A DNA stretch of 63,737 nt, filler included, from Intoshia linei (GCA_001642005.1; 5 parts of 5 records of this genome joined end to end with filler, not necessarily neighbours in it); one strand, 5' to 3'. Positions 51,233-62,967 are shown, counted from the first letter of the whole stretch. Translations and numbers: made by a program. Notes: generated by a model from the letters alone, not told the origin.

Positions 51233-52411
51233 CAAGGTGGTCCAAACATATGGCGATAGAGAGCCAAAAACTAAATTTTACAAATTTCGCGGGCAGCAAC
51301 ATGAAAAAAAATTACACATTAAATTATTTCATCATTGTTGCAGATATTTCATTAATTTAAGAAGTTGAGAATAATTAGTATACAATTAAGACAGAATTAT
51401 TTCTAAAAAAATATTAATTCTAGTTAATTATGATATTTCTGTAAATTAATGTTTATCAAACGCTGATATCGTTGCTATACAAAATTTTATTAAATCATCA
51501 AATTTTTATTGATTAACATGTAAATTATTATATCAAGCATCAAATTTGACAATATTTCTCAATATAGAACATAAATTTAAGTTTTCTCAGAAATTACAAT
51601 ATTGACAAATGAGAGATACAAATACTGTACTTTATTATAATATTTAGGTTTTGATGAGACAAATGATAAATTGACAATATCATCATTATTTCAATTAATT
51701 AAATGTGCAGCTAAAGATATTTATGATTTTCATAAAAGTACACCTCTTAATTTGGAAAAAAAGTAATTCAAATTAAAGTAAATTATCTGCGATGGGTGAG
51801 TCTATGTGTAATCTAATACAATTTCATTGAAATTTATTCAAATTAGGGCCACAATTGTCAAAAAGTCAATCACATTTTAACCGTTTTATGGCAAATTTAT
51901 CAGAAAAACAATAATTGTTAAATTTCGTTGTTACAGCGAAATGTATTATCAATCTGCAAAATCTTCCCAAGAATGTGCCATAAAATAGTCAAAAAACGGT
52001 GGCCCTAGTTGAAATATATAAATAATTTATTTTCAAAAACTTTATTATTTAACAATATTATTATATACACTGATATATGGTTTCTATTGCAACCTCGTAA
52101 TAGAAAGTAATAATTCTCGCACTGCAGTGCATAGAAAGTTAATTGATGTTCTCATATGAACCAATGAAAATGAAGAATTCTTCTCACTAAACTATAAATG
52201 ATATTTTCATTTTCACCTTATCTATTTATGAAACTATTTGACTTACCCGTTGGTTGGCAACTCTTGACTAGAAATACAAATTTAATAAAATTTGAGATTC
52301 AGTCGATTATTTGTATACAAAAATAAAATAATTAAATTTAACTAACAGGGCTTACCAGACAACTATTAGGTGGGCGCATTCGACCCGCGGGTCGTAGTTT
52401 GCCCATCCCTG
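51233..52411. mobile_element. Degenerate hAT element(s)
   Basis: TIR-like ends CAAGGTGGTCCAAAC / GTTTGCCCATCCCTG, both flanked by nnnTAnnn although the flanks differ. Shares a block with about 56170-56255. Confidence 0.55.
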
Positions 52412-52899
52412 ATGTATTGGTACGATTTCTACTAATTCTACATAAATTTTAAAATCTGAATGACTCGGCTCTTATGAAAATGGCAAGTTTTGCAACATTA
52501 TAATCATGTTGAAAACTGCTTCGTCAACAATATTTATAATCTATTAAAACAAACCCTTAATTTAATCATACAGATTTTAAAATAATGATGAATAAATCCT
52601 CAACATTATCATAAATTTCAATTTCAAAAAGGTATATCTTCAATTTAAAAAAATATCACAATTAATTAATTAATAGTGTGCATTCCAACAATATAATTAA
52701 ACATTTGTTTAAAAAATTGTTGGAATTGGTAATTATATTTTTGTAATGCACCATACAGATTTTTACAGTTAAAATACATAAAAAGTTTAAGTTAAGTTAA
52801 TCCTTCATGTTAAAAAAAGCAACTTAATAATTACTTTTTGTTTTAGTAAATAATTTCATTAAACATTGTAAATTCAAAACAAAAAATTGGAACCTATTT

Positions 52900-53082
52900 A
52901 TTGTCCAAAAATTTTAAAATAAAAATTGCCTTGACACGTTCGGGAATCACTCCTGTAAAAGATTGGTAATAGTGAATGGTAGAATTTTTATGTAAGATTT
53001 TATTTATTGTGGCAAAATTAAAAAATTCCGCTCTCGGCATAGCTAGGTGATGTTTGTATAAAGTACAAAACTGCCAAGCTAG
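52900..53082 (+). mobile_element. Helitron 3' fragment
   Basis: ...CTCGGCATAGCTAGGTGATGTTTGTATAAAGTACAAAACTGCCAAGCTAG|T. Confidence 0.75.
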
Positions 53083-53194
53083 TTAGTTATTTTAATCCTA
53101 GAATTTTAGAAAAAGTAATTATTAGAATTTTGTCCAGTTTACCCACAAAATAAATCAACATCATGCATTTGCTTATTTTTGTATTCTGAGACAA

Positions 53195-53372
53195 CACTAT
53201 ACCATTTCACTATCAATATGATAATAATTACAACCGATGTTCACATTGAAACCAATTTCTACCACATGGCTTGTAATTCTTATCACATTGACAAAACTTT
53301 ATTCCATTTTGAATTTAGCTATTATCACATCGGTTGTAATTATTATCATATCGATAGTGAAATGGTATAGAG
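53195..53372. mobile_element. Foldback MITE, CACTA-like end, long TIRs
   Basis: About 44-bp near-perfect inverted repeat CTATACCATTTCACTATCAATATGATAATAATTACAACCGATGT; interior has 21-bp periodicity. Confidence 0.8.
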
Positions 53373-53729
53373 ATGGTTACACCTTCAAATACTTTAACAA
53401 GTATATTTACAATTTTTATTTAATTTTTTGAAATTTCTTTCGTATTTTGTTATCTGTTACAACAATATTTACTTATATATTTTATATTTAATGTATTTAT
53501 AATTAGAAATAATTTTATATATTAGAAATTCTTCATCTCTAAATATTTACTTAAAAATAACAAAATTGAAGAAAGAAACACTTTATTATATCAAATACAG
53601 TAGTTTGGATAGTATTTCAAAAACGTATATTAGAGAAATTAATATAATTAATTATTATCAAAATTATTTTAAAAGGTTTATATTTTTTGAATATATGTTA
53701 TACAAAGAATATAGTATAAGTATAATGTA

Positions 53730-54021
53730 CTAGGTTGGCTGTTTTTACGTAGTACATAACAGCACCTAGTTCTGCCGAGGGTACATTTTTATTCTACCAA
53801 AAAAATAAATTCATGTTGAAAATCTAACTTAAAAATCATACTATTCACTATTATCAATCCTTTAAAGGAGTGGTTCCCAAACTTGTTTCAGGTGGAACCA
53901 TCATATCACATTACTTTTTACTTTAACTCTAATACTACCAGAAAAATTTTTCAAATTTTTTGGCTTCGATTTTTCCAAAAATTTGGGAAGTTAATACATA
54001 CTTGTCTATTTTTCACCATAT
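53730..54021 (-). mobile_element. Helitron 3' part running into the gap
   Basis: CTAG at 53730 plus family hairpin and the GGAGTGGTTCCCAAACTTGTTTCAGGTGGAACC block. Confidence 0.8.
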
Positions 54022-54121
54022 NNNNNNNNNNNNNNNNNNNNNNNNNNNNNNNNNNNNNNNNNNNNTTAATTAATTAANNNNNNNNNNNNNNNNNNNNNNN
54101 NNNNNNNNNNNNNNNNNNNNN
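54022..54121. other. Assembly gap linker
   Basis: N44-TTAATTAATTAA-N44. Confidence 0.99.
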
Positions 54122-54630
54122 TAATAATTGGTTGATTTGGACATTCCTCAGTATACATTGAAACAACTGTTTCTTAAGATGATAATGGCTGGGATGATAA
54201 AACTAAATTATATACTTCCATTAGAATTGGTAAAATTGAACTTTTGGTTGCCGGATAAGAGTAAAGGCTTAATTTAATTGTTTTCTTTTCGTTGTCGTTG
54301 ATTCTCGTATATTAAACTGCATATTTGCATTATCAAATTTTTACATTTATCAGTAATAGAGTAACATTTTTTAGTGTTTGGCAAATATATACTACATCAA
54401 AAGCAATAATGTTTCGTTTATTTCGTAGATATGCATTTTAAATAAAAATTTAAATTTTAATATTATTTTCATTTTAAATTTAAATAAATAAATATTCAAA
54501 CTAAAAAAACTTCACCTTTTTTAAAGTAAACATTATTTTGAATAATATAATTGGTCAATTTTAGAATTGAAGAGAAACTTTGTTATATTTTTTTTAACAT
54601 TAAAAGTGTTAATAAATGGGTTATATGAAC
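54122..54630. repeat. Inverted paralogous copy of 61067-61660
   Basis: TAATAATTGGTTGATTTGGACATTCCTCAGTATACATTG...TAATAAATGGGTTATATGA is the diverged reverse complement of 61067-61660, with an internal indel. Confidence 0.9.
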
Positions 54631-54893
54631 TAAAACTTATAAATATATTATATAATTAAAATCAGCGCTAGATTATCCACAAAATAGTATTATTTTTATG
54701 AAGATGTATTTTTCAGTGTTGTAGAGGGGGTAATTTAAAAAGTATCTTGAATTTTTGGGGTTATTCCAAAAAAAGGTTAAGAAACGCTCTGAGAACTGAG
54801 AACAAAAAGAATACAATTACATTGTATTTGAAATGTTTAATATTTTACAAATTGGTATATCATTGATATATACAGTAAACAAGCAATGGTAAA

Positions 54894-56056
54894 TTATTCC
54901 TGGTCACTAATTGGTTCATAATGATCAAGTAAAATGTTTTTAAAAGTATTTGTTTTGTTTTTAAAGTTTTTTGAAATTCCACCAGAATCGGTATCACTTT
55001 TTGATTGTTTACATTCAAATTCACATTTTGAAACATCCTCAATGCTATTTGAAGATAAGGCAGCAATGGAATTTTCTTCTACTCCGGAATAATTGGATGA
55101 CTTTTTATTCTACATTAAATAATTATCAAAAATATTGTACCTTCTCTTCCTTAATGGAAATGTCATTATTATTTGATTCTAAAGTTGATATAAATAATAA
55201 CATAAATATATATTTACCTAGTTTATCAAAACACTTTTCGTTTGAATATATACTACTCTCTGATATATTTAATTCTTTGACCTTATCATTCACACATAAA
55301 TTTTCAGATTTTGTTGTTTTTAATGTTTTGGATGGTACTTTATGTTTCATTTTTCTATTTCTGCGTTTCCGTCGTTTGTGAACCTTTACAATTTCATTTT
55401 CAATCACGTTAGTTTCTTTTTCTTTCGGTTCAGGATCTGTACATTTGTTATTATTGAGGTAATGGTTAATTCCAACAAAACACGAAAAACAACACCTTTT
55501 TGTGTCTTTATCCAATCCTATTTTAAGAATAATTAACACATCACAATAAATAATTACCATAATTATTTAGTAACCAAGTTTTATTAATATTTGATAAATC
55601 TTTCCATATAAAATTTATTGTAGAAAACCTTTTTGGTCTCTTTTGGCATTTGCATAATCTCAAAGAACACCTAGTTTTAAAATAAAAATTTTATAATTTG
55701 ATTTATACATTTCCATATTAATTGTAGGTCCATTAGCATTACCGTCTTTCTAAAATCGTGTTATATTTCTGTTCAATTCGAAATTAATTAAAATTACATT
55801 TTTATTTTTTCGATACTTTTCCGATCGAAATTGTTTCATTTTTTTTGTAAGAGCGTCTGAGCATTTTATTAAATGGTAATGATAAATTACTTGCTTTAGA
55901 GTCTAAAAATATATTTAATATTTTAATAAATGTAAATGCGGTTGATTTTATCCAATCGACATAATTTACTTTCTCAGCATTTTTTAAATTAATAAAAGTA
56001 AAAATTTCAGGGTAAGATAAAACATTTCGATATTCACTGTTTTCAGAAATTTTCCA
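54894..56056 (-). CDS. Miniaturised NCoR/SMRT/SMRTER-like corepressor (3' portion, 7 exons)
   Basis: Spliced WKISENSEYRNVLSYPEIFTFINLKNAEK/TLKQVIYHYHLIK resembles SANT1 (WTDHEKEIF....HPKNF..I...RKSV.DCVLYYYLTK). Cys motif CSLRLCKC...W..L...CCFSCF; C-terminus ILLDHYEPISDQE* (cf. LLSAQYETLSDSDD*). Confidence 0.6.
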
Positions 56057-56539
56057 TTAATCCAAATATTCCATTGTATGAATTAAATCAGAGTGATCCA
56101 AAGCGTGGATCGCCAGATCAAATTGTGCGACCCGCGAAATAGTTTAGTAATGTATTTTAAACAATATTGATTTACAGAAATATCATAATTACTATATTCC
56201 TAGAATTAATATAAATTTTTTAAAATAATTCTTTTTTTCAGTACTAATTATTCTCAACTTCATACTTTTTGTACTAGTATCTTAACTCAGAAGTGGGAAA
56301 GCATTTAATGTTCGAAGACAGCACTAACGCCCCAAAAAAATTGATAAGCCTCACCTTTCTATATAAAATCTTATGAGAAAAAACCAAAATTTTACCAACC
56401 ATTAAAGAAAAAATCCCTCTATCTAATCCAAAAGAAAAAATCTAATTTTACCAACCCTTAAGGAAAAAAATCCCATTTTACCAAAAATTAATATTTTGAA
56501 AATAATATAATAAATAAAATAATTTTAAATAAAAAATAA

Positions 56540-57417
56540 TCCTAACTTATATAAAACTGTTTGTTTGTTTGTTATCGTTTATTTCCGTAACTAAGGGTCT
56601 TAGAATTTTAAAAATTCACATTTCCATTACAGTTTTTATCTGTAATGACATTAAAATAAATTTTAATCTCAGAAACTTACACCTTACAAATAAAAAACCC
56701 TATTTATTCTTTTTTTTTAAAAATCACACGAGTCCTATGGTTTAAAAAAATATAGACCTGATACAAATTTTAAAATTATAGGGAAATTTTGTTGTACCAA
56801 ATTTTAAGAAGAGTTTCAATTGTTTAATTTTAATTTTGTTTGTTCTTTCTTATTTACGAAAGTAAGATGTGTAGAGTTTTAAAAACACCAATATCTAAGA
56901 TAGTTTTTCGAGTATTAGATTTTACCACAAATTATATTTGAGAAATTGAATCTTTGAGGGTAAAAACCACAAATTACCCATCTTATTTTTAAAAATAAAA
57001 CAAGATTTGGAATTTTTTAAAGTTTATGTGTTATTTTAAGTTTAAAGTATAATTAGAGTTGGTGTCTGTCTGTATATGCATTATCGTTATTTTATAAAAA
57101 AACCAAAATCCTAGAATTTGAAAAAATGACATTCATTTTCACACATTTAGCATTCATTTTTAATATAAGAATTTACTGTTTACCCTTTTCTTGGTGGAAT
57201 TATTTCATTAAAACAACAAATTTGATATAATTAATGGTACTAGAATTTAAAAATAAAAAATCATATTCACACGTTTGGGAACCATTCCTTTAAAAGATTG
57301 GTAATAGGCGAGTGTCATTTTAATTTAATATTATATTTTTTGGTCGAATTAGAAAAGTCCGCTCTCGATAGACTTTTCTAGATGCTGTTTGTACAAAATA
57401 CAAAACAGCCAAGCTAG
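56540..57417 (+). mobile_element. Non-autonomous Helitron (first unit of a tandem pair)
   Basis: A|TCCTAACTTATATAAAAC..TTTGTTTG start; family hairpin-CTAG end at 57414-57417. Confidence 0.75.
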
Positions 57418-58460
57418 TCCTAATTTATATATAAGGCTACACGATTTTTGTTTGTCTGTGTGTCTGTTCCGCTTTATTTAAATAACTACGCGTCTCAGAA
57501 TTTTTTAAAGACCACATTTCAATTACAGTTTTTTCCGGGACGTATATTAAGATACATTCCAACATCCCAATTTACCATCTTACGGGTCAAAAACCCCTGT
57601 TGTTCCTCTTTTTGAAAATCAAACGAGTTAAGGAATTTAAAAAAAATAGACAAAATAATATGAAAAAATATACGCTGATGCGGATTTTAAAATCATAAAC
57701 ATTATCATAAATTTAATTTTATAAAAATTATATCTTCATGGCCAAAACCCCAAATCACCCTTCCTTTTTTTAAAAACAGCCCTAAAATTTCAAAAAATTT
57801 ACAGGTGGTACAGTTGTATCCTGTTAACACACATTAAAAATTTCAATCCGAATAAGTGACGACTTCACAGTTAAAAAAGCGTTTTAGTATTCATATTTTT
57901 TTTCGAAACATTTTATTAAAACAATAAATGTGAAATAATTTACAGTCCAAAAATTAAAAAGAAAGATTATTCTGATAGAGCTTATTCCAGTTGATATAAA
58001 TACAAAATTTCAACCCCAGAAATCTACGCATTCTCGGTGAAAAATAATTTTTAATATATTATCTACCAATATTTTTCAAATATTTCAATTAAAATCAAAA
58101 ATTGAAAATGTAAATAATGATCCTACAATTTCAAAAAAAATGTGCATTTGTAGATCTATACATTTTCAATAAAGATATATGGATGAAAATCTATATAATT
58201 CATTCCTTCGGAATTTTTTTCATTGTTATTTTTAGGCAATTTTTAAATTTCAAATTTTCATTTTCAAAACATTTTGTATAAACTTTACTTAAATTTTAAC
58301 ACTACAGCAACGTATTTATAAAATAAAATAACTCATTGTTTGAAAATGCCAAAAAGAAAAGTAACATTCACCTGAAAAAAGACCAAAAGTATAAAGATGA
58401 GACGTCTCAATGAGTCTCAATAAGATCATGATATCAGAAATAGGTTAGATAACAATTGTT
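57418..58460 (+). mobile_element. Helitron 5' part, possibly including the decayed start of the RepHel ORF
   Basis: Starts TCCTAATTTATATATAAG directly after CTAG. Near 58346, MPKRKVTFT*KKTKSIKMRRLNESQ*DHDIRNRLD resembles RepHel N-termini. Confidence 0.7.
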
Positions 58461-58639
58461 GTTTTAATTAATCAAAGGTTTACCAACATTAAGTTATTCT
58501 GAACCCGATTTTTTGAACGAAGCGCCATATAGTGAAGCGCAGCGTGTTATGCAGTTTCGCCGTATGCGAAATTTTTTTTGGAGGCTCTCTTTTTCAAAAA
58601 ATAATAACAGTTTACACACAATTTTTATTGCAAATTTCA

Positions 58640-58739
58640 NNNNNNNNNNNNNNNNNNNNNNNNNNNNNNNNNNNNNNNNNNNNTTAATTAATTAANNNNN
58701 NNNNNNNNNNNNNNNNNNNNNNNNNNNNNNNNNNNNNNN
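58640..58739. other. Assembly gap linker
   Basis: N44-TTAATTAATTAA-N44. Confidence 0.99.
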
Positions 58740-59004
58740 TCTTCAGTTAAAATTGAAATCTATTATGTGTATTTATTACGGGACCCTATAATTTTTTCAT
58801 ATAAAAAAGTGCCCACGAGAAGAAAAAGGTTTCGAGCCTTAATTTAAATTTTTCAATATTTATTTGCAACATATAATTTAATGAATTTCAGCATTATTAC
58901 AATCAATATATTATACTAAAAGATGATTTTGATGAATATATATCAAACTATAAAGTGTCACAACATGAAGTAAGTTTTAATAAATTAACTTAATTGTTTA
59001 CAAA

Positions 59005-60878
59005 TAATTGCCATTAAAGGGTCAAAAATATCAACTTAAACCAGTGGTTCCAGAATCAAATAGTGTAAGGACCCCCATTTAAAAATGTGTATTTTTTTGA
59101 ACCCCAAAGAAAACATGAAATTTAAATCGTTTATAAAAAAATTAAACGTTTAAAGGTCTCATAAGATATGATAAAGTAGTGTTTTCCACAAAATATGGGA
59201 ATAAGGGGACTTTTCGCTTAACTTTTTAGTGGTCGCGCTATTTAAAATATAACGTTAATAGTAGCAAGTAGAAAAAAATGACCTAATATTAATGAATGAA
59301 AAATACATATACATGTATATAAAAAGCAATAAATATGTCAAGTTGTAAAATTTAATAGTTTGAGCTATAAAATTCGATACTTTTTCATTTTGCATCACAC
59401 TATTTAAAACATTATTAGATGTGTTATGGTATTTTTTATTAATTTTTATTAATTGTAGTATAAAAATTGAATTTTTTCAAATAATAATGTAGCTATCTTT
59501 TAGGTTTTGGTAAAGTCCAAACATTTGGCAACTGTAATATTAAAAATTCTCCTATTAACAATTATAATACAAAAAGTTGATAAATTTTTTGTTTATATTT
59601 TATGTAAATCTTACGATCCCCAGGCATATAGTTTTGGCCCCAATGGCCCAAGGAACTTCAATCGGGACCACTCATTTAAAATTATCAATATAGAATGAAA
59701 AATGTTGAGTATTATTAGTTTGGATTATAAATTATATAATAATAATTTATAATTATAGAAAATAGCAACCATTAACATAATTANAAACGTAATTTTACTT
59801 ATATTAAAAATGAATTAAAAATTACATGTCAATTAATCGATTTGACTCAATTAAATTTGGTTAATTTTTATTCATACTGTTTAAACTGTTTTTTTATATA
59901 TGTCGTATAGAATGTGTACAACTGTGAAATGTACACATTCCACGGGCAAGTCGTAGAATGTACACATTTTATGGATAAGTCGTACAGTATACGGTATTTA
60001 ATTTAATCTGTACTACAGATTAACGTAACAACGCAGGATATATTATTAAGATTAAAAATAATTTTTAATAATGAAATAGTTAAGATAAAAATAATTAATT
60101 GCCAGTAAAGGGTCAAAAATATCAACCTAAACCAGTGGTCCAAGCCAGAATCAAATAGTGTAAGGACCTTCATTTAAAAATGTGTATTTTTTTGGACCCC
60201 AAAGGAAACATGAAATTTAATTCGTTTATGAAAAAATTAAACGTTTAAAGGTCTCATAAGATATGATAAAGTAGTTTTTTCAACAAAATATTGAAATAAG
60301 GGGACTTTTCGCTTGATCCTTTAGGTGTCGCGCTTTTTAAAATATAACGTTAATAGTAGCAAGTAGAAAAAAATGACCTAATATTAATGAATGAAAAATA
60401 CATATACATGTGTATAAAAAGCAATAAATATGTCAAGTCGTAAAATTTAATAGTTTGAGCTATAAAAATCGATACTTTTTTATTTTTCATCACACTATTT
60501 AAAACATTTTTAGATGTGTTATGGTATTTTTTATTAATTTATATTAATTGTAGAATAAAAATTAATTTTTTCAAATAATAATGTAGCTATCTTCTAGGTT
60601 TTGGTCAATTCCAAACATTTGGCAACTGTAATATTAAAAATTTTCCTATTAACAATTATAATACAAAAAGTTGATAAATTTTATGTTTATATTTTATGTA
60701 AATCTTACGATCCCCAGGCATATAGTTTTGGCCCCAATGGCCCAAGGAACTTCAATCGGGACCACTCATTTAAAATTATCAATATAGAATGAAAAATGTT
60801 GAGTATTATTAGTTTGGATTATAAATTATATAATAATAATTTATAATTATAGAAAATAGCAACCATTAACATAATTAA
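59005..60878 (+). repeat. Direct duplication of about 780 bp (about 59005-59783 and 60096-60878)
   Basis: Near-identical blocks, reflected in the twin ORFs 59507-59698 and 60601-60792; an N lies at about 59783. Confidence 0.93.
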
Positions 60879-60966
60879 AAAATATATTGATAATGGTAGT
60901 AAATTTTTCAATTGTATTGGAAGTCACTAATAGTGACTCACTAGTGAGACTTTTTTTCTTAAGATC

Positions 60967-61066
60967 NNNNNNNNNNNNNNNNNNNNNNNNNNNNNNNNNN
61001 NNNNNNNNNNTTAATTAATTAANNNNNNNNNNNNNNNNNNNNNNNNNNNNNNNNNNNNNNNNNNNN
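60967..61066. other. Assembly gap linker
   Basis: N44-TTAATTAATTAA-N44. Confidence 0.99.
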
Positions 61067-61984
61067 TCATATAACCCATTTATTAACACTTTTAATGTTA
61101 AAAAAAATATAACAAAGTTTAACTTTAATTCTAAAATTCACCAATTATATCATTTAAAATGTTTACTTTAAAAAAAGTGAAGTTTTTTAAGTTTAAATAT
61201 TTATTTATTAATTTAAAATGCATTTTTACGAAATAAACGAAACATATTGCTTTTGATGTGGTATATATTTGCCAAACTTTAAAAAATGTTACTCTATACC
61301 TGATAAATGTAAAAATTTGCTAATGGAAATATACAGTTTAATGTACGAGAATCAACTTTTAAATCCCTTAAATCTATATCAAACGTGCCATTCGTTTATA
61401 ATGAGATTTAAAAAGAGATTTGTGACACCTAGAATATGGAAACATTTAGAAAGAACGAATGACTGCTATTATTGTATTCTGAAAAGAAGAAAACAAAGCC
61501 TGAATAAATTAAGCTTTTACTCTTATCCGTCCACCAAAAGTTTAACTTTACGAATTCCAATGGAAGTATATAATTTAGTTTCATCATCCCAGCCATTATC
61601 ATCTTAAGAAACAATTGTTTCAATGTATACTGAGGAATGTCCAAATCAACCAATTATTATTACAGAAAAAAAATTAAATTTATTAATATATTTTTTTAAA
61701 TATCAATAGCTAAATATATCGAACTAAATCTTTTCCGTAAATCCGGATTTAGACACTAGAATGTATTGTTAAAAGGTTTATTATGGCTCATATCAGATGT
61801 TCATTCTGTTAAAGCGTCTGTCATCAGTTAAATTTAATTTATATTATAGCGACAAATTAAATACGAATTATTGAATTTAGTATAAATTTTGACATTCATT
61901 TGTTTAAGAAAGTTTAGGGTAAACGTCGGTGATCTTTTTTGATTTTAAATATTTTCATATGGATACTTGTGGAAAAGAAAGTAA

Positions 61985-62506
61985 AAAGATTCGAGTTTTA
62001 AAAATTCCATATTTCAATTAATTTTTCGAGAGTGTTGTTTTATCGCAAATTTAATTTTCAAAAATTGAATCCTTGAAGGAAAAAGGAGAGGAGAGAAGGA
62101 AAACCCCAATTATTTTTTTTTTACATTCAAACCCGTCCTAGAATTATAAAAAATACACAATATCATAAAGATTTTAAATTAATCAACATTATGATAATTT
62201 TCAATTTCAAAATCTTACATTTTCACAATAAAAACCCCAAATGACCCTTTTTTTAAAAATTTAAAAAGTTCTAGAATTTTAAACATAAATTCTGGGATAA
62301 TTTTTATAATCATTTTTATTATACAATTCTTTACAACGATCATAATTTTTATAATTATAGGATTGATAATAGTGAATAGTACCATTTTTAAGTTAGATTT
62401 TCTTATTGACATTGATTGTTTTTAATTTATTTTTTTGGTATAATAAAAATGTTTATCGTCGGTACAGGAAGGTGCTTTTTGTACGTAAAACATGACATTC
62501 GACTAG
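61985..62506 (+). mobile_element. Old diverged Helitron copy
   Basis: Degenerate family 3' end ...GTCGGTACAGGAAGGTGCTTTTTGTACGTAAAACATGACATTCGACTAG|T, preceded by the GATAATAGTGAATAGT block. Confidence 0.65.
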
Positions 62507-62967
62507 TTACTTTATACATATAACATAAGTAATATTTGTATACGTAAGGATGTATTAGCGATAATTTAAAGTATTTATCATTAAATATTAAATTCCAGAT
62601 AATATTCTGATTTTCGTATTCACGCAACAGTGCACAACCAAAATATGTTAAGAAGAACCATCTATAAAAAAACGATTTTTCATAAAAAAACACTGCAATG
62701 CAGTGACTGCATTAACACATAAAATATATATTTATTTAACATCAGAATTGTCTTTGACAAGGCAATATATTTTGATTCAGCATTCTTTTTCTGCGTATCA
62801 CGATTATACAGAATCTAAAATAAATTTCATCAATACAATTTACAAGTTTTTGTTTTATTTACTATTAAATTCAAATCTGATTACATCACTGATTTGATAT
62901 ACAATGGGGGAAAATTTTTAATATTTTATTTGGAAAACACTTATATTGGAGTGTGATATAGTAGTTA

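Noticed and set aside
53179-53431. ORF with 7-aa His/Tyr repeats
   Set aside because: By-product of the foldback element's 21-bp periodicity.
59507-60792. Twin 63-aa ORFs as a gene family
   Set aside because: Non-ATG starts inside a duplicated, TE-like block.
62560-62810. Minus-strand block ILYNRDTQKKNAESKY as the NCoR N-terminal GPS2/TBL1-binding region
   Set aside because: Similarity too weak and it lies across two gaps.
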